Notes under the pieces: model-generated
Database searches by the model: none
Seen by the model: only the letters and a program-made list of their open reading frames with translations
Told to the model about the DNA's origin: nothing
Assembly: GCA_009103225.1 (NCBI GenBank)
Contig: RHPI01001507.1
Span: 686,151-750,150, forward strand
Length of the DNA: 64,000 bases
Direction: 5' to 3'
Source of the DNA: Chlorokybus atmophyticus
Lineage: Eukaryota; Plantae; Mesostigma and Chlorokybus algae
Position numbers and translations under genes: made by a program
In this document: positions 26,401 through 39,800 of the stretch, one piece after another
Position numbering within the stretch: position 1 is the first letter of the stretch
Layout of the letters: every line of letters starts with the position of its first letter

Positions 26401-29400
26401 TGTATGTATGTGCGTGTGTGCCACACTGCGAATTCCTAGCTACACGCTCAAGTGGAGTGGCAGCAGCCAGCAGACACATGCGTTCTGCAGGCATACGCAT
26501 GCGCGTACAACATACTCAGATACACACGCATGCACTCACGCAAACACCGAACGCACGCAGATATACACAGTGAGTGTACGTACGTGTGTATACACACACA
26601 CACACACACACACCTGCCAGCTCCCCAAGTTGGCCGCCTCCCTGATCTTCCCTTCCACGGCTCTGAGGGCTCCCGACAGCGGAGCGGCCGCCCCCGCCCT
26701 CACGACCTCCTCGGTGAAGATGGAGATGGCCCAGGCGTCGCAGGAGAGACGCGAGCCGAGGTACTCGGCGCTGGGCTGGAGGAGGGAGTGGTAGCGCTGT
26801 GGGGCGGTAACATGTGGGCTTAAGTTGCCAGTTGTCGAGTGGACATGTGCATGTATGCGCGCGCGTGTGCGTGTACATGTACGTGTGCGTACACACATGA
26901 AAGTGCGTGCGGACTCACTCGCTCTAGATGAGAGTGTGTGTGAGCATGGTACACACTGCACATGCAAACGTACGTATACTGCGCGCACACACACACGCGC
27001 ATGTATACTGCGCGCAACCACATGCATGCACACACACAAACGCACAGATGCATTCACATGCACACGTAGTCGTACAGCACGCACATATGTACACTACCTC
27101 TGCTGACTCCTGGAGCTGGTACTTGATCCGATCCGCCACTGCTTTGGCGCGCAGAGCCCAGTCGGCGTCTCCGCTTTCCAGCGCGTGCATCGCCGCTCTC
27201 CAGTCCTGTCACACAACAGATATCAACCACTACACCGACATCAACACACGCACACACGAAAATACACAGATATACGCACGTACGCACCCGCACACACACA
27301 GATCTACACACGCGTACACAGTCGCACACGCACGCACGCGCACAGCGATACACAGATGTGCACATGCGTGCGAGCGCGCATGCATGCAAGTGCACATACA
27401 TAGATACATCCACCCCCACCCACCCACCCATCCACCCACACCCTCACCTTGAGCGCATACACCAGTTGCGTATTCCCATCCACCCCGAGACACAGGTTCT
27501 CCAGCGCGAGTCCCACGCACTCCATCGCATCACCGGTAGAGTAACCACCTATCTTACTCATCGACGCTTCGAGCGTGGCGCGCAGCTGGGACTCGAGAGC
27601 CAAGTCTAAGTAGAGGAAGTCGCGCGTGCGGGGGTTGGGAGTGTTGGCTAAAAGAATGGCGCGGAGCTCGTGACGGGACTCAACGATGGCCTGGATAGGA
27701 GAACGTTGTATGATGTATATGTGTCTTGGGAACACACGTATGTGTGTGCGTGCGCGTGTGTTGCATGCGTGTGCGCGCGTGCATGTGCGTGTGCGTGTGT
27801 GATTTATGCGTACGTACACGCGCACATACACATGCATGTTCCTGCATGTGTATATGCATCTGCATGTGCCTCTATGGATGTGCATGTGCATTTGTGTATG
27901 CACGCATGCGTATGCGTGTGCGTCTGTCTCTCTCCTCCCCACCTGCATGAGTGGCACAGGCCAGTCCTGGGCGCGGTGCTTCGTGACAAAGGAGAGGAGG
28001 CTCTCCAGGCGGGAAGAGATGCCGGGCGCCCGCTCCACGTGCACGCTGGAACCCTGACCACCCTGGTTATAGAACCATGAGAAGGAGGAGAGACAATAGA
28101 ACAACATACACTTCACACAAGCTATGCTACAAGAATCAATTTGCTTTGACGAGCACACACCCACAAGTGCACGCACGGTATTAGTACACGCACACGCATA
28201 CCCACACGGATGTATACACTCGCTCACCCACCCACACCCTCACCCACCCTCTCACACACACCCTCACATGCACACGCACCTTGACTTCATGCATTGTGTA
28301 TCCCAAGCACGCGGCCGCTGCGGACTCGAAGTCCGCGCCCGAGTGCACCGCCTTGAGCGTCGCCAGGTAGTTGGTCAAGTCCCGCCTCAAGCCGTCGACC
28401 TGACATTGCAAGCAGGGTGTTGGTTACGCAAATTGGAACTCATGCATGCGCGAACAAGTGCATTTGTATGTGCGCGCGTTGCTTGTGCGCGTACACGCGC
28501 ACAATTCGTGTATGCCCGCCTGCTTGAGTATTTGTCGCACGGAGGCAAGCACCCAGGCGGACACGCACGCACGCGCACATTTGTTCGCGTGCGCGCGGGT
28601 GTACATGCATATGCATATGTGTGATTGTTGTTTTTGCCTGCGTGCCTGCATGGGTGTGTGTGTACATAGACATGCACACGCGCTTAAGCGCACATGAGCA
28701 TGGTTTCGACCCCCCCCACACACACACACACCTGCTCCCTCCCAAACTTTGGTTCCGAGTGGATCGCCCGATCGTAGCTCAGCAGCCTCTCCCTCGTGAC
28801 CCCGCCCTCGCTCAACACGGCCCAGTAGCGCGCCACATCGAGACCGCCGTCCAGATACGCCAGGAGAGCCTGCCGTGAAGGAAGAGGTTGGAGTTTGTGT
28901 CGCAATAGCAATGACGGTGAGTGTCTTACTTACTTGGCATATGATGACGTCGTCCGGGGTGGTGTTGTTGTGGAGCTTCTGGTGCCACTCTTCCATCATG
29001 CCGCCCATCGCGTTGTTGTTGCGCTGTTGTGGAGCGCGTGCAACAAGTACAAAGATATCAGCCACATAAACATCAAACCAACAAGCATCAATCACACATG
29101 CTCACGCACAACTTTACCTGTATGACGAGTATCTCATCACGAATGCGCTGGCCGGCGTTGCCCTGGCCGCCCCGCCCAACGCACGCAAGCATCAACCGCG
29201 CCAACTCACGCCTCTCCACAACATCCCTACACAAAAAGTATGTGTTCACGCGCATGCATGTGTTCATGTACATGCCTTGTTGTCATGATTGCATGTATAT
29301 GTCGGCTAATTCACTCATCTCTTACCTGTAGAAGCTGGTGAGACCAGCCGTGAGTCTATCCTGCGCAGCGCTCAACTCCCTGCCAACAACAAACATAACA

Positions 29401-32400
29401 TGTCAACATGTTGTCCATTGTTGTGTCACTACCTTCATCCAAACACACGCAGCGCGCGTGCCTGGGTTTGACGTTGTAGTTACGGTTCCACACGAGCTGG
29501 CGCGTGGCGGCCAACCGCAGCCACACGAACAGTCCCGCCGCCGCGAGCTCGTCGCCCGAACCGCGCGCGCGCTCCAACAGATCCGCCGCCATGTTGAACC
29601 TAGCAACACAAAGAGGAGTGATACACACAGCGTGTGAGTGCCTTCACGCAGATGCAACCTCTCATGCAAACACACTCGCACATATGGCACACGCGTACAT
29701 GTGTGCCTGTGTGCGTGAACACGCACACACACACATGTGCACGCGTGTGTGCCTGTAAGTGCGTGCATCTCTGCAGGCACGTGCACGCGCCCCGCACACA
29801 CACACATATCCACCGTCAAACCCACCCACCTGTGCATGAACGACTTCTGCGCTTCATTCTCTCCCTCCACAATCGCATCCACCATCCACTTCGCCGTGCC
29901 ACTCCCATCACTTTTCGGTATCACCACCTCCTTCTTCCCTCCTTCCGACACAACATCCCCACTCGCACTCAACACCAACTTCACCTCAAAGTCCCCCCCT
30001 TTCCCAGCCTTAAGCCACTTCCCATTCTCTTTATCTCTCAACACGAAAGGCAGGGACCCGAATCCAGACCCTATGTTAACAATCTCAACGCCTTGAAGGG
30101 ACCCAAAGTTCTCGTCGATAGGGCCCAAAGGAGTCTCTAAAGCAGCGCCTTGGGTTGGGGTTGAATCTTTGGGGTGGGTCCCTGACGGGGGAGTGACCCA
30201 GGACCAAGATGGGTTGTTTTGGGCCTCTTTTAGGGCCCAATGGAGGGTTAAGGGTGTGCTTGAGTCGCACAGTATGTGGACATTTGTGGTGTTGTTGTTG
30301 TTGCGTGTGGAGATGGTTACAACCTGGCCGGATATCCCGCTGATAGTCCAGACTCGCTTCGATATCAGTGTATCGCCCAACTTCTCCAACAAAGCCTAAG
30401 CACACAACACACGGACTAAGTATAAGAAACCGACCCAACATGACTGCACCCATACACTACTTCCTCACCTCAGTGGCTTTCTCAAGTGGTGTGGGTTCTT
30501 GTTGTGTTGTGGTTGTCTTCTCGCTATCACCGCTGCTGGCGTCCCAGCGTTGTTTGTGACTGTCGATGTGGTTGATGAAGGAGTTGTAGTCCCAATCTCG
30601 CCTCTCGATCTTATGATACCCTGCCAACATGATAAACCAGTCAGCATGGTACGCACACTTATTACATACAAACATGCATGCATGAAGGCACATGCACAAA
30701 CACCAAAGCATGCATGCGTGTGTGGGCGTGCATGTGTCGCTTGTGAAAAAAAGGAGAGCAGAAAGGTATGCAAGTACACATGTGCATAAACACGTATCTG
30801 CACTTGCATGTAAGAGAGTACGTTTGTATATGAAATTAAGCACGAGTGTGCATGCGCGTAAGTGCATACGTGTGTGTGCATGTGTATATGTGTACGTATA
30901 TGTATACATGCACACACATCTCCATACCGGGTGCGTTGACCGGTTCCGACTTTTGTCTCTTCTCCGGCGGTCCCAGCAGCTTCCTCGCCATCTGCTCCAC
31001 GCTCACTCCGGTCTCCAGAATCTCCGTCTGCAGATCGAGCCGCGCCGCCTCGTACTCGGCCTGGAGACACAGAGAGAGATGATGTTGTGGTTGGCGTTGG
31101 TGTTGGTGTTGGTGTGTGGTGGTGTTGTGATAGGTTTGGTTGGTGTTGTGCTTGCCAGGCGGGTGGGTTCGTCGTAGTCTTGTCGGCCTGTCTTCTCCCA
31201 GCGCAAGTACGCGGCGACTTGGACCAACTCCTCAGGGACCTGGTTGATGAGAGCAAAGTTGTTTCATCATCACCACTTCCTCAGATCATTGATTTAGTCA
31301 GCAGACAAACCGCACGCACACACATGCACATGTGATCACTTTCTCCTCCTCAGATCATGGCAAGAATGAGATAAATTTACGGATAATGATTTACCTTTGG
31401 CAGGTTCTTTTTGGGCTGCTGCTTCGTGGGTGCAGCTGTTGTGCCGTTGCTGACCGCACTGCTGCCAACATCATTGCTGCTGCTGCTGCTTTTGTTGTTG
31501 TTGTTGTTGAGAACGAGAGATAAGCTCCAGTTGATGTCACCCGCCTTGTACCTGTTCCCAGCAAAGGTCATACAGGGGCAGTGCTTATCGTTGTTGTTAT
31601 TGTTGCTGATGAAGTACATCCTCTCACCATGTGCCGTCCGCTTCGTCTTTGAGCGCAAACTCCACCATGTCACCCTCTTGCACGCGCAGCTTCGCCTTCA
31701 CGGTGGCCACACCATCCACCTGATGACCCGCATAACGTGTGTGCACGCGTGTTTTGCGCGGGTGCGCATATGTGTGTATATGTGTCACCTTTTGGAAGGG
31801 TGTTTGCATGGCGCGGTCTTTGTAGTTTTTGGTGCCTTCAGGCCATTCGTCCTCCCGCATCAGCTTCCACCCACTGTGAGATGTGTACATATGTGTACGG
31901 GTGCGCGTGCACGCGCATTTGTGTATATGTGTGTGTACAATGGGGGATGTCTTGAGTGTACATAAATGTGCACATGCACGTGCGTGTGCGCGTGTGCGCG
32001 TGTGTGCACACGTGTACATGTGTGTATGTGTGCTCTTCCAAAAATTATCTCTGTTACTTGCGGTTTGCTGAGCCGATCCCCCAGTGGAGAAGCATGCGTG
32101 AGGTTGCGAGCGTGCCGGACAGCATGAGCACAACATCAACTTCTCCTTCATGTTGTTGGCGGGAAATTGTCACCTGACATGAGAGTGGGCTTTGTTGGTT
32201 GGTCGGTTTGAAGTGACATTGTTGTTGTTTTGTGAAGTTGGTATTACTTACTTCCAGGGAGCTGTCCTTAGGCAGGGGATACCTCTCTTTAAGAATAACC
32301 GTCATGTCTTCCTTCTGAGGGGAAACAATATGTGTTTTATGAACATACTATGAGACACGCCAGAGAGGACACAAAGCAAGTTTGTATGAGAGTTGTGTGT

Positions 32401-33364
32401 GCAACTTGTGTCACATGTTGGTACCTGCGTGGGCGTGTCTGTGGCTGTTGCTGCGGCGCAGCAATGCGTGCCCACTCGCAACCTGATTGACCACAGCACG
32501 TGTGTATGTGTATGCGTGAGTGCACGCGCATGGGTTGCGTCAGCGTGTGCCCTTGTGTGCAGCTGTATGCATGTGCACAGGCATGTGTGCGTGTGCGTGG
32601 TGTGTAGTTGCGCATATGCATGCATGTGCATGCACCCCAATTGCCATATACACGAAAACACACGCGTGCATGCGCATGTTTTCGTGTGTATGGACAACAA
32701 TAACCCCCACTAGCCCTCCTTGAATTGTCCATGGCACACAACACAAATCGTCACTAATAGTAATATCAGAAAAGTCTGCACAGTCTGCCATGCAATACAG
32801 TCGTTCAGTGTTCTTATTGCTGTACCTCTGCTTTGATGGGTTTTGCAACAATTTGCCATGCGCTCCGCAACTAAGCCTCCGTGTTGATAAAGCTGCTCCT
32901 CCCAGCCTCTACACAACAATACAGTTGCCAGAATGTGAGTATGCATGAGACATGTGACGCACAATGCTATCTACAGTGCATAACGCAAGTGTCAAAGTTA
33001 CCACATGAAGCGATCATGTGCACGATCAGTAACCCAGCATGCATGCGTGTCTATGTTTGATATATTTTCTACCATAAGTAATGCGAATAGCTGAAGTTCA
33101 GCCGCACTCATTGACTCTACAACGACTGTGTGACTGCAACTGGAAATTGGTATCATTATGTGAACTTGCATAGTAGATGTACATGGTGACACACAACGGA
33201 CCCCACAACAGAGCTTTTACATGGAAAGTTATGAGCCTGGTGCTGGAATGTGCGCAGGCGGCGGATGCCGCTACGTGGCGGCACGGCGGCGCTGGGCGAG
33301 CTTGTGACAACGAGGAGAACAACGATGAGGACTGCAACACCGCCAACGACGTCGCCGCCGCCAT
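23493..33364 (-). CDS. GWD1: Alpha-glucan water dikinase 1 (R1/SEX1-like), multi-exon
   Basis: Motifs in order include VQVAAYLRWE, GQRIRDEILVIQ, MEEWHQKLHNNTTPDDV, LKAVHSGAD, IFTEEVVRAG, the phosphohistidine motif PDVLSHVSVRARN, VGAKSRN, VWASKWNDRA and FRSDSNGEDLEGYAGAGLYD. The last exon GCVVGEDVYLVQTRPQM* is at 23546-23493. The 5' end is taken as the transit-peptide-like exon starting at ATG 33364, which is less certain. Confidence 0.93.
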
Positions 33365-34403
33365 CGCCACGTGATAAAGCGGGTCAAGTGAAGTTCAGCC
33401 CCAAAAGCTGCAAAAGGCTGGCAAAAGCGCATTTGGTTATGATTGTGCAATCTCAGGTTGTCAATCTGACCGCACTGCTGTTACGTTGCACGTAATCCGG
33501 TTAAGAACGTGATGGCGTTGCCCAGCTGTTCGCGGTTAAGTTGAGCCCAAGCTAGCCAACGAGTGGCTTAGTAGTTAAGGAGCCGACGAGATTTTGGGGC
33601 CATTGACTAAGTGCGTACCGTAATGGACCCCCTTGAAAAGGCCCCCCCTCCAGAAATTTGTCACAGTCTAACCTCACTAAGTGTATGTCATAGGAAATGG
33701 GCGTTGTATCGAATCTATGCACACTCGTTATGTGCATATTTTACAAGTGCATAGACCCACTAGACTGTTGGGTACTTAATAGACTTCAGAAAAACACTTG
33801 CCATAAATTGCACTTATCAATGCACATTTGCATAACACATATGTATTAGTTCAGAAGTCGTCAGAGACGGCGATTCACGCATTAATAATGGATATGCAGC
33901 TATTAAGGCTAAACCAAAAAGCATCACACATTGGACTCAACAGGGTCGCACCCAATACGTTACGCGTAGGACTGTCGGTATCGGCAGCTTTTGTTGAAGT
34001 TTGATGATTATGAGTGTTTTACAATAAACGGCCCATTTTAATCCAGCTTTATAAATGAAAATAGATTATTTAAATATGTATTTCATATTCATTTGCAATC
34101 TTACAAATACAATGTATCGCGTGTGAAAGCATACTTAGCATGTATAATCGAATCTTAAAGTGTTTCGTGCAGGCTGATCCATTATCGAAACGAATGTGAC
34201 GATTGTGTAGCATTTTATGTTACAAATATGCATTGTTATGTTGTGTGTGTGTGTGCTGAAATATGTGCGTGCGTAAATGCTTACGATGTTGTAAACACTG
34301 TATGCATTTAAGCTTTATGTAAAATTGAGGGTTTTTTCAACAACAATCATGTATATACTTTTTTCAATGATAAGGCGGATTACGTGTGTACCGAAAATAA
34401 TCT

Positions 34404-34550
34404 CCCCCCCCCCCCCCCCCCCCCNNNNNNNNNNNNNNNNNNNNNNNNNNNNNNNNNNNNNNNNNNNNNNNNNNNNNNNNNNNNNNNNNNNNNNNNNNNN
34501 NNNNNNNNNNNNNNNNNNNNNNNNNNNNNCCCCCCCCCCCCCCCCCCCCC
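34404..34550. other. Assembly gap (105 N, 34425-34529) flanked by poly-C
   Basis: Direct observation. Confidence 0.99.
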
Positions 34551-34659
34551 TGCGCTGACGATGATAGGCTTAGCTGCATAGGTTTGGCTCCAAGATGTTG
34601 CGGGGTAATGTCAAGGTTACAAAACGGGAATGCAAACCTTTTTATTTCTCAAATATTAA

Positions 34660-35507
34660 TGACGTTGAAGCTTTGTATGTGAGAATGGCATTTAAGAACA
34701 TGAGCTTCGGGGTGGATGGGAACATAATAACCGATCAGTGTATGCGCTGAAGGTGCGGAATTAATGTGTATTCACAAAGACAGATGCACACGTCTCTATC
34801 TCTTTGTATGCGTGTGTGCATGCACGCTTGTATGTATGCTTGAGTTTACGTACATAACAGTGTAGGTGGGTGTGGGTAGCATGTGTGCATGCATGCGCGC
34901 TTGCGTGCCTTAACATTCATGGTGTGATTAACAGCTTTTCTTATATGGAGCAATCGTAATCAATTGGAACGCGGCGATGCGCTCGATAATGGTGATGGCA
35001 ATTGGGCTTTGCATGTGAAGGCAGTAGATAATACAGTCAAGTATCAACTCCAATATTCGGCTGAATTTTTGCACGTGTGTGCACGGTATATGACTATGTG
35101 TACATACGTGTGTGCGTTCGCGTGTGTGCGTTCGCATGCCTGTGAGCGTTGCATCATGTACACGCGCGCGTGTATGTGTGTGTGTGTGTCAACACACACA
35201 CACACACACACGTGGGTGGGGTGTGTTGCACATGCATACGCACACTGTGGCACGTCCACCCTCCCCACCTCACCAAGTCACCCACACATTCTCTCCACAC
35301 AACGCTACCGCGCCTTCCTTTAGCCTAACGCAAACTATTGAAGCTCTCATCTCAGCTTCAACGGCTATGCTATATTTATGTTCACCAAGTCGTCCGCGCG
35401 GTGCTGGCCGCGGCACTGTCGGAAGTCATAAGAGCAACGGAAGGAAACTTCCCATCATAAAGATTAGGGAGGGCGTATATGCACCCTAGCGGTCGGGGAA
35501 TTATCAG
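34660..35507 (+). pseudogene. Inverted GWD paralog pseudogene fragment (3 exon remnants)
   Basis: Remnant 1 ends ...FGVDG..VYALK|gt at 34752. Remnant 2 (34962-35065) reads NWNAAM-ALDNGDGNWALHVKAVDNTVKYQLQYSAE vs GWD DWRAAMHALESGDADWALRAKAVADRIKYQLQESAE. Remnant 3 (35303-35507) reads RYRAFL*PNANY*SSHLS..VVRA..LS..IRATEG..KIRE..GNYQ|gt vs RYHSLLQPSAEYLGSRLS..VVRAG..LS..LRAVEGKIRE..GSWQ. It contains stops and frameshifts. Confidence 0.88.
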
Positions 35508-36696
35508 GTGAGGGAATATGTGTGGATGCACGCATGTGGGCACCATTGCTTATGTATGCGTGCGTGTGTGTGAGTGTGTTGTGCGGGCATGTATTACATG
35601 TAGTACATGTATGTGTGCGGTCCTGCGTGTTTGGGAGTGCGAGCACACACGCGTATGTGGGGGTCTGTACGCTCGCATGCATGTATATGCATGCGTGCAT
35701 GTGTCTGCTAGTTTGTATATCACTTAAATGCATAGTGCGTATGTTGAACAAACCGACCACAGCTACGCAGCAACGCATGATCACGCTGCAACGCAAACCG
35801 ACTGAATACAACAGTTGCTATCTCATCGTGAGACTCATCCGCTATCATGCTTGTTGTTAAATAGATATATACCATACATGTTACAAATGATGTACATGTC
35901 TCACTTGTATGCTTATTTACGTTAATGATGTAGACTGCGTCTCGTGATTCACAAGTTTCCATGCAACGCAATGCATTCTGTTACCTACGCATGTATTTTT
36001 GCTCATTGTATCTACCAAGTTTTTGGACAGTCAGCTTCAATACAGGTGCATTATTGCTATGTGTCAATACTGATTATCGTGTTCTGTCGATAAGAAAATT
36101 GTACATAAGATAAGTTATGTACTTCCTATTACATGACTACTAGGCCTACTCACATGCGTCACTCACCGGCACAACCTCAGGCTGAAGACCTCCGCGTGCC
36201 TGTGGTTAGGTACCCATCACGATGAGAGCGCCCTGTCAGTTCACCGTTTTGGCGCGTTCGAGGAAACCTTGGACTTGCTGGCGACGTGCCTGCCCAAGAA
36301 GGCACGGCTGCTTGGCGTATCGACGGTGTCGATTCGATACAACTGCACACAACGCTGACAGAGCAACAGATCGAGCGCATACGAACGTTAACTGCTGACA
36401 GTCAAACGTTGCTGCACGGTATCACTTAGGCAGGACGACTAACAGCACCGTTATGACAAGGGCTTCGAGGAGCCGCCAAGACCCGGTCACGACTTGACGG
36501 AAACACCATGATTTTATAGACATACTGACTTGATTGTCCATGCTTGTGCTCTTTGGTCCGGTTTGCGACCGGTTGATAGCGAACGCTGCTTACCGTTAAG
36601 CATTGGGCCTGCTTTTCGTCAATCTGTCGTTCAGCTGAGCAGAACAGTTTAATTGACAGCGGTACGATTCGTATCAGGGTAGTACGGAGGCGCGGA

Positions 36697-36765
36697 TAGG
36701 GTTTTAGGGTTTGCCAGGCCTGGCTTTGGCCTGGTTTAGCCTGGCCTGGCCTGGCCTGGGCTGGT
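36697..36765. promoter_or_regulatory. Two tandem telo-boxes followed by a (CCTGG)-like pentamer repeat upstream of HD-ZIP III
   Basis: tagggttt occurs twice (36697-36712), followed by gcctggctttggcctggtttagcctggcctggcctggcctggg. A regulatory role is inferred. Confidence 0.4.
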
Positions 36766-36859
36766 CTGGTGGTTGGTGTGGTCGGCGTTGGTGTGGGCCA
36801 GGCTGAGAGAAGTGCTCAATGCGGTTCTCGGAGGCGGCGACGGTGGGAGGAACTTCCTG

Positions 36860-39800
36860 ATGGCCTACTCAGACAGCTCCGGCGCGGGATTCGGGTGTGC
36901 GGCGGACAGCAGCGGAGGTGGAGGAGGCGGAGGCGGTGACCCAGACGCCGGCGGAGGAGGAACTGAACTAGGAGGAGGAGGTGGTGGAGCCGGCGGAGGA
37001 GCTGCCGGGAAGACTTCCAAGTACATCCGTTACACGCCGCAGCAGGTTTGTGGTTTGTGGACAGGCAGCTGCAACCAGCAGGCCAGCTGTCAAAATTGGG
37101 CACTCAGGTGTCAAGAGTAGGCGCTTAGTTTGTTTATTTTGTTGTGAAGCTGCAACAGTACTACAGCACAGCTCACTGCAATCTGAGCAATGATGTTCAA
37201 GCAGCCCCAACGCAAGCTTTCCTTCTTTGTTTTACTCCTTCTGATCAATCCTGCAGTTCTATTCGACCACTAGCAAGAGTCCTTTTTGAATCCATTGTTG
37301 CGTTTTCACTTAGCATGCCAGTAAGTGATTAAGCATGATGTATGCTTGTGCTCATGTTGATACCCAGCTGGAAGTTGCGTTGTTGTTGTGCTGATTTGTT
37401 GATAATAACGTGTTGGGATTGCGTTTCAGATCGAAACACTGGAAGCTGCTTATCAGCGATGTCCACGCCCGACATCGCTGCAAAGAGCTCAGCTCATACG
37501 CAGCCACCCGGATTTGAGCAATATTGACCCAAAGCAGGTGAGCATATTGCTGCTGCTGCTGTCGATGTTATATTGTCCTGTTTTGCTGTCGCTGTCCTTG
37601 TTGTTTTGTTGCTGTTGCTTTGGTTGCATGTGATCGCATGCATGTGTGCATGCAACACAGCAAAGGTTGTTAATGCCTTTCTGTTGTTGTTTGTTTCAGG
37701 TGAAGGTTTGGTTTCAGAACCGGCGATGTCGGGACAAAGCGCGGGGGGAAGTTACAGGCTTGCGCGATCAGAACATCAAGTTGCAAAACAACAACAAGAA
37801 TCTGCAAGCCCAGAACGCGGAGCTGGCGTCGAGGATCCGAGCCACCGAAGAGGCATTGCAGACGCTAAGGGCCAATGCGACGCAGGCTCCCATGGTACAT
37901 TCAATAGTTGACGATGTTGGCACACACATGACACCAGCGTGCGTTTGTGCATGCGTATGTTTGTCACATGGTTGTATGCACACAAAATGCAAGTATGCAT
38001 ACATGCATGCATGCACGTGCGCACACACACATGTACACACAGACACTTACATGGATGACGTGTACAGACATTCACACGTTACTCTGTGCATGTGTTATTC
38101 GTACCCACGTACGCATGGTTGTCATCGTTGTATGTGTGTTCGGCGTTGGCTGATGTGATATGTTGTGTACTCGCCAGGCGGACAAACCGCAGACGTCCGC
38201 TACAACATCCATTTCAACATTGGGCTCCGTGCGAAGCTTAGCGGGAGACAACGCATCAGAACACAGCTATGATGATGCGGTGCGTTAGCACATACATTGC
38301 AAGCAAGCACGCACGCGCGCACACACGTGCGCGTATGCACATGCTTAACACGTTTGGGTGTATGTTGGCATAGGGTGCGTCATGTTTGACGCTGCTTTCC
38401 ACATCAGTTCGAGAGGCTCTCCCCGCCGATGACAAAGATGATTCTGAAGCCATCAGCAGTTCAGTCTTGCGCCAATTTTTCGCCGCTCCGGACTTGAATG
38501 CGGGCAACACGGCGAGAACAGCTGGTGAGTTGCCGACCCAACATGTTGCACACGTACACACGCACACAGTTGGCTTCCTTGTCTACAACGCGTGTCAGCC
38601 TCGATCGTAGGAGGGGAAGTTGCGAGGATGGCTGAAGAGACAATGTCCACATTTTTGGGCGTCGCAACTGGCGGGTTGGGAAGCGATCATTGGCGGGATG
38701 CGGGACAAGTTCACGTAAGTGCACATGAAAACTATAGCATGCAACCATATGTTGGGTGTAACATCTTAAGTCATTGCTAACACGCTGCTCTGTTGTCTTG
38801 CGTTGACTTGGGAATTGGGTGCACAGATATTGGATGCAGAACAGGTGATTGCGTTGCTCGAGGACCGCATGGCGTGGGACCGTTCGTGCCGGCGTTGCTT
38901 GCGAATTGGTCGCATCTTGCGCACGCCTCAGGGTGGACGTGCGGAGCTCAGGATGCTCACGCTGTGCGCCCCGTCACCCCTCGTGAGGCCGCGACGACTG
39001 CTCACCATGCGCGTGGTCACGCCGCTGCCCAACGGCGTGTGGGCGGCAGCAGAGCGTTCCGTCTCCGCGGATGGTACGTTGTGTGGGTATGTGTATGCTT
39101 TGTCGGGTTATGCATCTGTTTTTGGCGTAGCAGGCTCGTGCATGTCGACATAAAGATTGAACTTGGGGACCTGTTGTGTTGGCAGGTAATGTGTCTTCGC
39201 GGTCGCAGATGCACGTGAGCGGTGTGCTTGCGCGACCGCAGCCTGAAGACAACACGTGTTATGTTGTGTGCGTGGACCACGTCAACTTGCGCCCGCCGCC
39301 AGGCTTGCCGCTGCAGCCACTTTCCATGAGCATAGCAAACCAGGTAGAGCGCACTCGCACACACGCACGTCCACACTGATACATGCGCGGACATACGCGC
39401 GCTCTCAGTCTGCTTAATCCATCAAACCAAACACTACAAAGACGATGTTGACTTGCCTGCCTGATGATGTGTTCAGGCCTTGCGGCACGTGCGCAAAAAA
39501 CAAGTGCAGCAGCCGCGGCATCAGCACGAGATAGCGCGCTGCCTGGTCGCAGGGTTCGCGTCTGCGGCCGAAGCGAGTCCCGACGATGGCTGGAGGACGG
39601 TGGCCTTTCCCCCTGACCAGGCACAGGTGTGTACTAGGTGAAGTGCGTGGTACGATCATGAATGTATGCTTGTGCATGTGCGTGTGCACAGGCATGTTGG
39701 TGCATGTGCGGGCACACATGCACGCCCCATACCCACGTGCACGCGCATGCGCGTGCAACATTTGCTGGCCACATTGTTGCATTGCCGGCACATTGTCTAT

